DNA of 64,000 bases from an uncultured delta proteobacterium (lineage in GTDB: Bacteria > Desulfobacterota > Syntrophia > Syntrophales > UBA5619): the NCBI GenBank assembly GCA_963817385.1, contig CAWFOM010000010.1, positions 352,001-416,000 of the forward strand, given 5' to 3'. Made by a program: the position numbers and the translations under genes. The notes under the pieces were generated by a model that worked only from the letters and a program-made list of their open reading frames with translations, did no database searches and was not told the DNA's origin. Below, one piece after another: positions 51,371 to 60,955 of this stretch; positions within the stretch are counted from its first letter, which is position 1, and every line of letters begins with the position of its first letter.

Positions 51371-52408
51371 ATGACTGATAACCATAATCATCCGGTACTC
51401 ATTATCGGCGGTGGTATCTCCGGTATCGTATGCGCACTGGAGCTGAATCGTTGCGGCGTACCGGTAGTGATTGTAGAAAAAGAGACGTCTTTAGGAGGCC
51501 TTGCCGCGCACTTCTGCTGCAAGGCCACCGAGGCATGCAATAAGTGCTTTGCCTGTGTCGTAGACAAGAAACTCAAGGAAATCGGCAATCACGCTAACAT
51601 TCCCCAGTTGACTGGTACCGAGGTTACAAACGTGGCGGGGTCTCCCGGAGTGTATACGGTTTCGGTCACGAAAGCCGGGACCGTCTCCGAGCTTAACGCG
51701 GCAGCCATTGTCGTAGCCGCGGGTATTGACCCTTACGAGGCTTCCGGAAAAGGCGAATACGGGTACGGCGTCATCAAGAACGTCATTACTGCCAGGGAGC
51801 TCGAAGAAATGCTCCGTACCGAGGGGAAGATTACCCGGCCGTCCGACGGGAGACCGCCCCGTACTATCGCGTTTTTCCAATGTGTGGGGAGCCGTGACGA
51901 GACCGTGGGAAATCTCTATTGCTCGCAGGTCTGCTGTGCCTATGCCCTCCGCCTCATCCGGGCTCTCCGACATGCCGATCCCGAGTTGACGGTCACCTTC
52001 CTGTATATGGACATCCAGCCGGCCGGCGCATCCTTTCACGATTTTCTGAGCGCCTGCCGGACGGATACCGGTATTCGGTTTATCCGGACCCTTCCCTCCA
52101 AGGTCTATCATGCTCCCGCTACCGACAATTGCCTAGTCCGCATGGCGGACACCCAGCGGGGGGAAATCGTAGAAGAACCGTTTGATATGGTGGTTCTTTC
52201 CGTCGGGATGGTCCTCAAAAAAGAAGCGAAGGCCCTCGCAAGTCTCCTCGGGCTCGGCTTAAACGAGGAGGGATTTCTCTCTGTCCCACCAACCGACCGA
52301 GGGTTATTTGTCACCGGCGCCTGCGCCGGCCCGAAGGACATCGACCGGTCAATCACCCAGGCCAAAGCGACAGCCGTATCCGTATACCATTATTTACAAG
52401 GCAGGTAA
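51371..52408 (+). CDS. Short HdrA-like flavoprotein (no ferredoxin insert)
   Basis: IIGGGISG; CCKATEACNKCFAC; EYGYG..NVIT..ELE; CVGSRD...CSQVCC; GACAGPKDI. Confidence 0.88.
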   Translation: MTDNHNHPVLIIGGGISGIVCALELNRCGVPVVIVEKETSLGGLAAHFCCKATEACNKCFACVVDKKLKEIGNHANIPQLTGTEVTNVAGSPGVYTVSVTKAGTVSELNAAAIVVAAGIDPYEASGKGEYGYGVIKNVITARELEEMLRTEGKITRPSDGRPPRTIAFFQCVGSRDETVGNLYCSQVCCAYALRLIRALRHADPELTVTFLYMDIQPAGASFHDFLSACRTDTGIRFIRTLPSKVYHAPATDNCLVRMADTQRGEIVEEPFDMVVLSVGMVLKKEAKALASLLGLGLNEEGFLSVPPTDRGLFVTGACAGPKDIDRSITQAKATAVSVYHYLQGR

Positions 52409-52411
52409 TGC

Positions 52412-53722
52412 ATGTATCAGACCGTTTATCAAAGCAAATCGACTGCTTGGAACCCCGTTTTGCTCAAGCCTGCAGCACTCATCATCGGAGGAGGATTAGT
52501 GGGCATGACCATAGCCCGTCAATTGGCCCAGGACGGGACGCAGGTGGTGATTGCAGAAAAAGGGGAAACCCTGGGCGGCGGCGCTGGGAATCTGCACTTT
52601 TTTTACGATCGGCAATCGGATGTACAGAAATGGCTGCACGAGATGATCGCCGCTGTGGAAAGCACGGAAAGGATCACCGTGCATACCGGCGCGCACCTGA
52701 AGCGCTTTGACGGCTATCTCGGCCGTTTTCAGGCCTCAATCGGCACCAAGAACGGCGGGGAGACGAGCGTTACCCCATCGGTTGTGGTATTGGCAACGGG
52801 CTGCATAACCCGGCCACCCGATGCCACCGAGAGCAAGGAGCGGTTGATCGGCTTTTCCGAGATGGAAACCCTCCTTGCCGGAAGCCCTGACAGACCGGTT
52901 ACCTGGAAGGGTCGACCGGTGAAGACAGTCATCTATCTGCTTGACAGGACAAATGACGATATCAAAATCCATACGGTAAACGCCATCAAACAGTCCATCA
53001 TCCTGCGGGAAAAAGGATGCCGGGTTGCCGTTTGCGCGAAGGATCTGAAAGTATCCGTCGCCGGCATGGAGCGTCTCTATCGCCAGGCACGGGAAAAAGG
53101 AGTGCTCTTTTTTAAGTATGACGAGCCTCCCGTCTTTTCCGGAGCGGATGAGCAGATCAGAATCGAAATCCAGGATCTGACCGTCCTGAAGAAAGACGAC
53201 CGAACCGCCGTTCAGATTCCTTTCGATCTGGGAGTGGTCAGTGAAACGTTTGCCGCCGATCCGGAGACGGAGGAATTATGCCGTTTGCTCAGGATCCGTC
53301 CCGGTGCGAACGGCATGCTTGTGGATGATAACCCCCAGCTCCAGCGGGTGCTGTCCAACAGGCGCGGCATATTCGTGGCGGGTGCATGCCGCTTCCCCCA
53401 GATCATTACCGAATCTCTGAGTGAAGCACATGCCGTGGTCCAGGAGGTGAAGGCCCTTCTCCACGGAGGAGCATATACCCCGGCAAATCCCATCGCCGAA
53501 GTCGATCCTCGGAAATGCGCCGTTTGTTATAGCTGTGTGAGGCTTTGTCCCCACGCCGCCATCGGTATTGAGCGGTACGGGGAAAGAAATGTCTATGCCG
53601 CACCTCTTAGCGAAGCGGATAACACCCTGTGGGGCGCAGCCAGGGTCGATCCCGGCGCATGTTTCGGATGCGGCATCTGCGTGGCCGAGTGTCCGGCCAA
53701 GGCAATAACCTTGTACCAGTGA
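52412..53722 (+). CDS. Divergent HdrA C-terminal-half-like flavoprotein with 2x[4Fe-4S]
   Basis: IIGGGLVG; GIFVAGAC; CAVCYSCVRLCP; CFGCGICVAECP; the CVGSR/CSxxCC cluster motif is absent. Confidence 0.85.
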   Translation: MYQTVYQSKSTAWNPVLLKPAALIIGGGLVGMTIARQLAQDGTQVVIAEKGETLGGGAGNLHFFYDRQSDVQKWLHEMIAAVESTERITVHTGAHLKRFDGYLGRFQASIGTKNGGETSVTPSVVVLATGCITRPPDATESKERLIGFSEMETLLAGSPDRPVTWKGRPVKTVIYLLDRTNDDIKIHTVNAIKQSIILREKGCRVAVCAKDLKVSVAGMERLYRQAREKGVLFFKYDEPPVFSGADEQIRIEIQDLTVLKKDDRTAVQIPFDLGVVSETFAADPETEELCRLLRIRPGANGMLVDDNPQLQRVLSNRRGIFVAGACRFPQIITESLSEAHAVVQEVKALLHGGAYTPANPIAEVDPRKCAVCYSCVRLCPHAAIGIERYGERNVYAAPLSEADNTLWGAARVDPGACFGCGICVAECPAKAITLYQ

Positions 53723-53785
53723 GGCCTTGTTTCCCGTTGTTGAGGGAAATAGTTTTCATAAACCGGGGAGTGTAAGGGAACAATC

Positions 53786-54193
53786 ATGTCAACTTTCATA
53801 CCGAGAATTGTCGCTTTCTGCTGCGAGCAATCGGGGATTCAAGCAGCGGAAATGGCCAAGACGCTGAATTTGAAAATGCCCGAAAAACTGGAAGTCGTTC
53901 CCGTCCCCTGTTCCGGCCGCATCGAGACCCTTTCTCTGCTCAAAGCCCTGGAAAGCGGTGCGGACGGCGTTGTTATTTTTGCCTGTTATGAAGAAAACTG
54001 CCAGTACCTGCAGGGCAATGTCCGGCTCAAAGGCCGGGTCGACTACGCGAAGCAAATCATGACAAAAATCGGTCTTGAACAAGAGCGTCTGGAAATTGTC
54101 CACGTGGCGACAAATAGCGGAGTAAAATTCACGGAGACTCTCCTGCGTAAAGAAGAACAATTGCGTCAGCTGGGACCGAACCCGGCAGCATAG
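53786..54193 (+). CDS. mvhD: MvhD/FlpD [2Fe-2S] subunit, Ser variant
   Basis: PRIVAFCCEQSG, VPCSGRI, GADGV..FACYEENCQY.QGN. Confidence 0.88.
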   Translation: MSTFIPRIVAFCCEQSGIQAAEMAKTLNLKMPEKLEVVPVPCSGRIETLSLLKALESGADGVVIFACYEENCQYLQGNVRLKGRVDYAKQIMTKIGLEQERLEIVHVATNSGVKFTETLLRKEEQLRQLGPNPAA

Positions 54194-54237
54194 CGGGATA
54201 CTGCCTTCCTTTTTTCCACTTGAGGAGTGATGACGAA

Positions 54238-54909
54238 ATGATTAAAGCCGAACAAAAACCGATCGAGGAAATCCTGGAATACCTGGCACCGTATGGCAAG
54301 ATCCTGCTTTCCGGGTGCGGCGCCTGCGTTACCGTATGCCACGCAGGAGGTGAAAAGGACGGCGCCTTGCTGGCATCCGCCATTAGAATGGCGCGACAGA
54401 AAATGGGGAAGCCCATAGAAATTCTCGAAGCCACCCCTGCCCGCCAGTGCGAACCGGAATTTGCCCAGGAGCTTGCCGCGACCATCGATACGGTTGAGGC
54501 GGTGCTGTCGGTTTCCTGCGGCGTCGGCGTACAGACCCTTGCCCGCTCTTTCCCTGCGAAACAGATTTTCCCGGGTGTCAATACCACGTTCATGGGGGAA
54601 ACCGTCGCCCACGGAGTCTGGGAAGAACGCTGCCAGGCCTGCGGCAACTGCATCCTGGAAAAAACGGCGGGCATTTGCCCGATCGCCCGCTGCGCCAAAC
54701 AATTGCTCAACGGTCCGTGCGGCGGTTCATCGAACGGTAAATGCGAAATCAAACGCGAGACCGATTGCGCCTGGCAACTGATCTACGACCGCTCCAAGGC
54801 CCTGGGGCAGCTTCGCAGACTGTCGGACTTCATTCCCGCCAAACAATGGGGAACAGAGTCGAGAGATAGCGGACCACGAAGGATTGTAAGGGAGGACCTC
54901 AAGGTATGA
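54238..54909 (+). CDS. metV: MetV, copy 2
   Basis: GCGACVTVC, RQC, SCGVGVQ, CQACGNC...CPIARCAK.LLNGPCGG...CAW. Confidence 0.9.
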   Translation: MIKAEQKPIEEILEYLAPYGKILLSGCGACVTVCHAGGEKDGALLASAIRMARQKMGKPIEILEATPARQCEPEFAQELAATIDTVEAVLSVSCGVGVQTLARSFPAKQIFPGVNTTFMGETVAHGVWEERCQACGNCILEKTAGICPIARCAKQLLNGPCGGSSNGKCEIKRETDCAWQLIYDRSKALGQLRRLSDFIPAKQWGTESRDSGPRRIVREDLKV

Positions 54910-55829
54910 AATCGGGTGGCAATTTAGAAAGGGTATTTGAGCAGGGGCATTTTGCCGTCACGGCCGAATTGGGACCTCCGAAGGGCAACGATGTGAGCGT
55001 CATCCAGCGCAAGGTTGACCTGTTACGCGGGTATGTCGATGCAGTCAACGTAACGGACAACCAAACAGCCATCGTCCGCATGTCCAGTATCGCTACCAGC
55101 ACCTTTGTCATGCAGATGGGAATGGAGCCGGTCATGCAGATGGTTACCCGCGACCGGAACCGTATCGCCATGCAGAGCGACCTGTTCGGCGCGACCGCGC
55201 TCGGTATCAGGAATATCGTCTGCCTCACCGGCGACCATCATACCTTCGGGAATCAGGTAAACGCGAAGAACGTCCACGATCTCGATTCCGTCCAGCTCAT
55301 AAACATGGTCCGGATGATGCGCGATCAGGGCACCCTCCTGGGCGGCGAGGATAAGATCGAAGGGCAGATCAAACTTTTCATCGGCGGCGCCGCCAATCCC
55401 TTCGCTGATCCCTTCGAATTCAGGGCGCTGCGCACGGCGAAAAAAGCTGCGGCGGGCGTTGATTTCATCCAGACCCAGTGCATATACGATATGGAACGCT
55501 TCAAGGAGTGGATGAAGATGATCCGTGACCTGGGTGTCCATGAAAAAGTCCATATCATGGCAGGCATCACCCCCCTAAAATCAGCGGGTATGGCGCGGTA
55601 CATGGCCAAGAATGTAGCGGGGATCACCATCCCGGACGCTCTTATCGACCGGATGGCAAAAGCCGCCAAGGGTTCGGAAGAAGGCATCAAGATATGCGTG
55701 GAACAGATTCAGGAAGTCAGAGAAATCGAGGGTGTTCACGGCGTTCACATCATGGCCATCGAATGGGAACAGATGATAAGCAAGATCACTGAAATGGCCG
55801 GCCTGCTGCCGCGTCCCAAACCCGAATAA
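54906..55829 (+). CDS. metF: Methylenetetrahydrofolate reductase MetF, copy 2
   Basis: NVTDNQTAIVRMSS, TRDRNRIAMQSD, LTGDH, FIQTQ, VHIMAIEWE. Confidence 0.92.
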   Translation: MKSGGNLERVFEQGHFAVTAELGPPKGNDVSVIQRKVDLLRGYVDAVNVTDNQTAIVRMSSIATSTFVMQMGMEPVMQMVTRDRNRIAMQSDLFGATALGIRNIVCLTGDHHTFGNQVNAKNVHDLDSVQLINMVRMMRDQGTLLGGEDKIEGQIKLFIGGAANPFADPFEFRALRTAKKAAAGVDFIQTQCIYDMERFKEWMKMIRDLGVHEKVHIMAGITPLKSAGMARYMAKNVAGITIPDALIDRMAKAAKGSEEGIKICVEQIQEVREIEGVHGVHIMAIEWEQMISKITEMAGLLPRPKPE

Positions 55830-55860
55830 CGGGATATGATTTTTCACCCTCACGGGTAGA

Positions 55861-57336
55861 TTGAAGATGCTGCAGTCCATTATTGAATTGGCAAATGATG
55901 GGATACTGGTCTTCAATGATCGACTGGGGGTAGAATATGCGAACCGCGCCATCTCGCAGATAACCGGCTATCCGCATGCCAGGATATTGGAGATGAGCAT
56001 ATCCGAACTCTTGGGCGACGAGAGCCGCGCCCTCCTGGAGGATCTCTTCTCGCGTCCGGAAATATTCGGTGAAAAAACCTGTCAGGCAGTCCAGATCATT
56101 ACGTCATCAGGCGATGTCAGAAATGTGGAAATCTGCATCGCCCTTGCAACCCCTCCCGACGGCCCCGACAGGGCCTACGCATATGTCCGTGATATTCACG
56201 ATGAGACACGAATAGGCAATGAGCTCCGGGAGGCCAATGAATTTTTCAAGAACCTGATCTCCAGCTCGGTGGACGGGATCATCGCCGCCGACATGAAAGG
56301 GAATATTTTCATATTCAATCAGGGCGCGGAGAACCTCACCGGTTACACGGCGGAAGAGGTTATCGGAAAAGTTCACATAACCAAGATCTATCCTGAAGGC
56401 GTTGCCAAAGAGATCATGCAGAAACTCCGGAGCCCGGAGTACGGAGGGATAGGAAAACTGAACCCGTCACAACTCAATTTGGTCGGCAAAAACGGTGAAG
56501 AGATTCCCTTCCAGCTCTCCGCGTCGCTTATTTATGACAGCACAGGGAAAGAGATTTCGAGCGTAGGAATTTTTACCGATTTACGGCAGCGTCTGGCCAT
56601 GGAGCGCAAGATTCAGGAAACGCATTTGCAACTGATCAGCTCGGAAAAACTTGCCTCTCTGGGAAAGCTTGCCGCGGGGATTGCCCATGAAATCAATAAT
56701 CCGCTGGGGGGGATCCTTATCTATTCCAGCCTGCTTCTTGAGGATCTTGCCGATGACGATCCGAAGGGGCAGGACCTTGCCCGCATCGTGCAGGAGGCGG
56801 GGCGCTGCAAGGAAATCGTGATGAGCCTCCTCGAATTCGCCCGCCAGAGCGAACCGAAGATGGAGCCGGTCGATATCAACCGTGCAATCACCGATGGGCT
56901 GTTTTTCCTGGAAAATCAGGCTCTTTTTCACAATATCCAGATCATCAAGAACCTTGACCCTTCCCTCCCCTTTGCGCGCGGCAACGCCGGTCAGCTCAAG
57001 CAGGTTTTTATGAATATTATCGTCAATGCGGCAGAGGCCATGCACGGCAGCGGAACACTGACCATCGCGACGTTTTTAGATCACGAGCAAAAAAACATAA
57101 CAATCGAATTTACGGACACCGGAGAAGGGATTCCCGAAGAAAACCTTACCCGGATTTTTGACCCTTTTTTCACCACAAAGGAGATCGGCAGGGGGACAGG
57201 GCTGGGGCTCAGCACCTCCTACGGAATCATCGAAGGCCATGGGAGCAAGATAGAGGTGAAAAGCAAGGTGGGTGTCGGCACAACCTTTAGCATCTTACTG
57301 GCCGCCTACCCTGAAACTCAACCGATCATTGAATAA
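55861..57336 (+). CDS. Cytoplasmic PAS-PAS sensor histidine kinase
   Basis: Two PAS domains; H-box [38 protein letters not shown]. Confidence 0.93.
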   Translation: MKMLQSIIELANDGILVFNDRLGVEYANRAISQITGYPHARILEMSISELLGDESRALLEDLFSRPEIFGEKTCQAVQIITSSGDVRNVEICIALATPPDGPDRAYAYVRDIHDETRIGNELREANEFFKNLISSSVDGIIAADMKGNIFIFNQGAENLTGYTAEEVIGKVHITKIYPEGVAKEIMQKLRSPEYGGIGKLNPSQLNLVGKNGEEIPFQLSASLIYDSTGKEISSVGIFTDLRQRLAMERKIQETHLQLISSEKLASLGKLAAGIAHEINNPLGGILIYSSLLLEDLADDDPKGQDLARIVQEAGRCKEIVMSLLEFARQSEPKMEPVDINRAITDGLFFLENQALFHNIQIIKNLDPSLPFARGNAGQLKQVFMNIIVNAAEAMHGSGTLTIATFLDHEQKNITIEFTDTGEGIPEENLTRIFDPFFTTKEIGRGTGLGLSTSYGIIEGHGSKIEVKSKVGVGTTFSILLAAYPETQPIIE

Positions 57337-57417
57337 TAGAGAAGAAGTGTGCAAGAATAGGCGCGAGTCCGGTCAGCCACCCCGGAGGGCTGAATGATCC
57401 GGACATGCAAGAAACCC

Positions 57418-58837
57418 GTGAGGCAGCAGATGGACGTGAACGGAGCGGCGGAGTATTTTGAGAATTCGTTTCTTGAGGAAGTCATCCGTGAGGGCGGTGT
57501 GGACATCCGGGCCTGTTACCAGTGCCAGAAGTGTTCGGCGGGATGTCCCGTCGTTTCGGCGATGGATATTTCCCCCAATCAGGTTATCCGTCAGATCCAG
57601 TACGGGAAGCGTGAGAAGGTGCTGGGCTGCAGGAGCATCTGGATATGCGCATCCTGCCATACCTGCAGCGTCCGGTGTCCCAATGACATCGATTTTGCCC
57701 ATGTCATGGACAGTTTGCGGCACATTGCGCTGCGTTCGGGGGTCAGTGCCGGCGAGCAGGAGATTCCGGTTTTCCATCAGGCTTTTCTCGACAGCATCAA
57801 GAGCGCGGGCCGCATCCACGAGCTTTCTCTGATTCTGCGCTTCAAGGTAAAGACGAGGGATTTTCTGAAGGATGCGGTCCTTGGGGTGGCAGATGTTTCG
57901 TCGGGGGAAGATCAAGCTCCTGCCGCAGAGTTTTCGGGGGGGCAAAGAGGTGAAGGAGATGTTTAGCGCATACGAGAAAGGGGCTCCACGGTGAAAGAGA
58001 TAACCTATTATCCCGGGTGTTCCCTCCACGGGACGGCCCGCGAATATGACGAATCATTCAGGGGGGTGTCGAAGCTGCTGGATGTCGGTCTCCACGAGCT
58101 GGAGGACTGGACCTGTTGCGGCTCCACCTCGGCCCATTGTTCGGACGAGGCGTTGGCGGTTGCCCTGCCGGTGCGGAATTTACGCATAGCGGAGAAGCAC
58201 GATCGGGAGATGGTTGTGCCCTGCGTGGCGTGTTACAGCCGTTTCAAGGCGGCGGAGGCGGGGGCGAAAGCGCATCCGGAGTATCTTCCGTCTCCGTATG
58301 AAGGACGGGTCTCTGTCCGGTACGCCCTCGATTTTTTTTGCGATCCCGCAATGATCGAGGGGTTGAAGGCGCGGGTGGTGAGACCCTTGAGCGGTCTTAA
58401 GGTGGCGTGTTACTACGGCTGCCTTGCCGTTCGTCCGCCGCAGTTGACCGGGGTAGCGAACTACGAGAACCCGCAGCACATGGATCGCCTGATGGAGATC
58501 CTGGGTGCGGAGGCGGTTCCCTGGTCGTACAAAACGGACTGCTGCGGGGCCAGTCTCGTCATGACGCGGACCGACATCGTTGTGCAGTTGAGTCACCGCA
58601 TCCTCTCCATGGCGCGGGAAGCGGGCGCCGACTGTATTGTCACGGGCTGTACCATGTGTCATGCGAATCTGGATACGCGGCAGTCGGGCCTTCCCGCCGG
58701 TGACGGGGCGGCCGGGATCCCCGTCTTTTATTTCACGGAACTGATGGGCCTGGCCATGGGTCATACGGAGGGGAAAACGTGGCTCCGCCGCCACATAACC
58801 GATCCAATCAAACTGCTGTCAACAAAGGGATTGATAT
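57418..58837 (+). repeat. Right arm of the 1.42 kb inverted repeat (hdrC-hdrB cassette)
   Basis: Matches the reverse complement of 49606..51024; identity runs from the hdrC RBS into the hdrB stop codon. Confidence 0.97.
57430..57994 (+). CDS. hdrC: Heterodisulfide reductase subunit C, copy 2; one-base insertion near 57878
   Basis: Near-identical to copy 1; GCGGTCCTTG here versus GCGGCCTTG in copy 1. Confidence 0.9.
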
Positions 58838-58839
58838 AG
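57991..58839 (+). CDS. hdrB: Heterodisulfide reductase subunit B, copy 2
   Basis: Three amino-acid differences from copy 1. Confidence 0.95.
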   Translation: MKEITYYPGCSLHGTAREYDESFRGVSKLLDVGLHELEDWTCCGSTSAHCSDEALAVALPVRNLRIAEKHDREMVVPCVACYSRFKAAEAGAKAHPEYLPSPYEGRVSVRYALDFFCDPAMIEGLKARVVRPLSGLKVACYYGCLAVRPPQLTGVANYENPQHMDRLMEILGAEAVPWSYKTDCCGASLVMTRTDIVVQLSHRILSMAREAGADCIVTGCTMCHANLDTRQSGLPAGDGAAGIPVFYFTELMGLAMGHTEGKTWLRRHITDPIKLLSTKGLI

Positions 58840-58862
58840 TATCATCACGAGGGAGGATAATC

Positions 58863-59249
58863 ATGGCAAAGAAAATTTTGGTAGTTGACGACGATCCGGA
58901 TCTGGTCGAGACGACGTCGATGATTTTAAAGTCCAAGCAGTACGACGTCGTTGCCGCCTATGGCGGGGTCGAAGGATTCGAGAAAGCAAAAACGGAAAAA
59001 CCTGACCTTATCGTTCTGGATGTCATGATGCCCGACAAAGACGGATATACGCTCTGTAAAGAGCTTAAAGCCGATCCTGCCCTGAAGGCAATCCCCGTCT
59101 TGCTCCTGACCGCCGTGGTATCCCATATCTCCACCAGCCGATTCAGCCACCAGATGGGAATGGAGACGGAGGCCGATGACTACATGGATAAACCCGTTGA
59201 TCCAAATGAGCTGGTAAAAAGGATCGAGCTTCTTCTCTCCCGGCAGTAA
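58863..59249 (+). CDS. Stand-alone response regulator receiver protein
   Basis: ILVVDDD, LDVMMP, LLTA, DKP; GGGAGG RBS. Confidence 0.92.
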   Translation: MAKKILVVDDDPDLVETTSMILKSKQYDVVAAYGGVEGFEKAKTEKPDLIVLDVMMPDKDGYTLCKELKADPALKAIPVLLLTAVVSHISTSRFSHQMGMETEADDYMDKPVDPNELVKRIELLLSRQ

Positions 59250-59307
59250 GCATGCGGAAGGGACAGGGGCTCGGCGCACCGAACCTTCACTCCTATAAGG
59301 AGGATCG

Positions 59308-60822
59308 ATGACGAACAGCGCGAAGATCATGGTTATCGATGACGAAGAGATCATGCGGGACGGCTGCACCCGTATCCTTTCAAAACAGGGTTGGTCCGTC
59401 GTCGCTGCGGAAAACGGGGAGGCAGGTTTTGCCGAACTGCAAAAATCACCAAAAGATATTGACATTATTCTGCTGGACCTGATGATGCCCGGGATGAGCG
59501 GCATGGAGGTTCTGGAAAAAATACAGGTATTGGACGATATTCCTCTCGTTATCGTGGTTACCGGGTATGCGACGGTGGCGACGGCCGTGGAGGCTATGAA
59601 AATGGGGGCCTACGATTTCATCGCCAAACCCTTCACGCCCGATCAGCTGCGCATTGTCGTCAAAAGAGCCCATGAGCGAAGGACGCTGCAGAAGGAAGCC
59701 GAATTCTTGCGCAGTGAGCGTGAACGATCCCTGCGGGACGTGGCAACGGAAAAGTCCCGGGTGAAAACCATTATTAATTGCATGGGTGACGGTATCCTGG
59801 TGTGTGACCGGGACAACTGCATCGTCTTGACGAACCCTGCCGCCAGCCGGATGCTCAAGATCCCCGAATCGCATCTCCTGGGGAATTACGCATCGCGCGG
59901 CAACCTTCCCGCAGAACTGTCAAAAACCATAGAAGAAAGCCTCAAATCGGAAGGCAGCGCCTATACCTCCATATCGCAGGAACTGAGCATCGGTGAGACG
60001 CAGGAGCTCTTTCTCCGCGCACATACGGCTCCCGTCCGCAATGACCTAAACGAGATCATGGGGTCCGTAACCGTCTTGCAGGATATCAGTTATTTGAAAG
60101 AACTCGACAAGATGAAATCCGAATTCATCGCCATGGTAGCCCACGAGTTGCGCGCGCCGATCGCAACGGTGGAACAGCAGTTGACGGTCATTCTCAGCAG
60201 CATGGCGGGGGATCTGAATGAAAAACAGCAGCAGCTTATCACTCGCGCCAAGGAGCGGACGCGGGGCGTTCTTACGCTGATCAAGGACCTGCTCGATCTT
60301 TCTACCATCGAAGCGGGGAAAATGGTCCAGTACAAGGAGCCCTTAAGCCTCGCTGAAATAATCCCCCGCGTCGTCGATATGATGAATGCGGACGCCCAGC
60401 AGAAAAATATCCGCATCGAATTTTCCCCCGGGGTAGATGTGCCCACGATTCAGGGCGACCGGAACAGCATGGTAGGCATCTTCACCAATCTTATTTCCAA
60501 TGCCATTAAATATACCCACGACGGGGGGAAAATAATGATCAGTCTCGACGACCACGACGGGTTTGTGAAGGTTTCCGTCGCCGACACGGGAATGGGCATT
60601 AAAAGCGAGGACCTACCGCGGATTTTTGATAAATTCTATCGGGTAAAATCGGCGGAAACCCGCCAGATCGTGGGGACCGGTCTGGGGCTCTCCATTGTGA
60701 AAAGCATCGTCGACGCACACATGGGAACCATTTCCGTCGAAAGTACGGACGGCAAGGGGACGACCTTCTGCCTGCTGTTGCCGAAAGCAGTGACGATGAC
60801 AGCGTGCGGGAACCCTCCGTAG
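59308..60822 (+). CDS. REC-PAS-histidine kinase
   Basis: N-terminal REC (IDDE, LDLMMP, AKPF); PAS; AHELRAP; NLISNAIKY; GTGLGL. Confidence 0.93.
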   Translation: MTNSAKIMVIDDEEIMRDGCTRILSKQGWSVVAAENGEAGFAELQKSPKDIDIILLDLMMPGMSGMEVLEKIQVLDDIPLVIVVTGYATVATAVEAMKMGAYDFIAKPFTPDQLRIVVKRAHERRTLQKEAEFLRSERERSLRDVATEKSRVKTIINCMGDGILVCDRDNCIVLTNPAASRMLKIPESHLLGNYASRGNLPAELSKTIEESLKSEGSAYTSISQELSIGETQELFLRAHTAPVRNDLNEIMGSVTVLQDISYLKELDKMKSEFIAMVAHELRAPIATVEQQLTVILSSMAGDLNEKQQQLITRAKERTRGVLTLIKDLLDLSTIEAGKMVQYKEPLSLAEIIPRVVDMMNADAQQKNIRIEFSPGVDVPTIQGDRNSMVGIFTNLISNAIKYTHDGGKIMISLDDHDGFVKVSVADTGMGIKSEDLPRIFDKFYRVKSAETRQIVGTGLGLSIVKSIVDAHMGTISVESTDGKGTTFCLLLPKAVTMTACGNPP

Positions 60823-60897
60823 CGTTGCTGTTCTTCCTTCCTCCCCGCGCCATCGCCTCGACTACGCAGGTAGTCTGCACATCCCCTGATACAGGCC

Positions 60898-60935
60898 ATG
60901 GTTGTCATTCCCGTTTTCACGGGAATGACAACCAT
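60898..60935. terminator. Perfect 17 bp-stem hairpin (GTCATTCCCG-type palindrome) between convergent genes; probable bidirectional terminator or REP-like element
   Basis: ATGGTTGTCATTCCCGT-TTTC-ACGGGAATGACAACCAT followed by AAAAA (a U-tract on the minus strand). Confidence 0.75.
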
Positions 60936-60955
60936 AAAAAATTCGTTCTTGTCTA

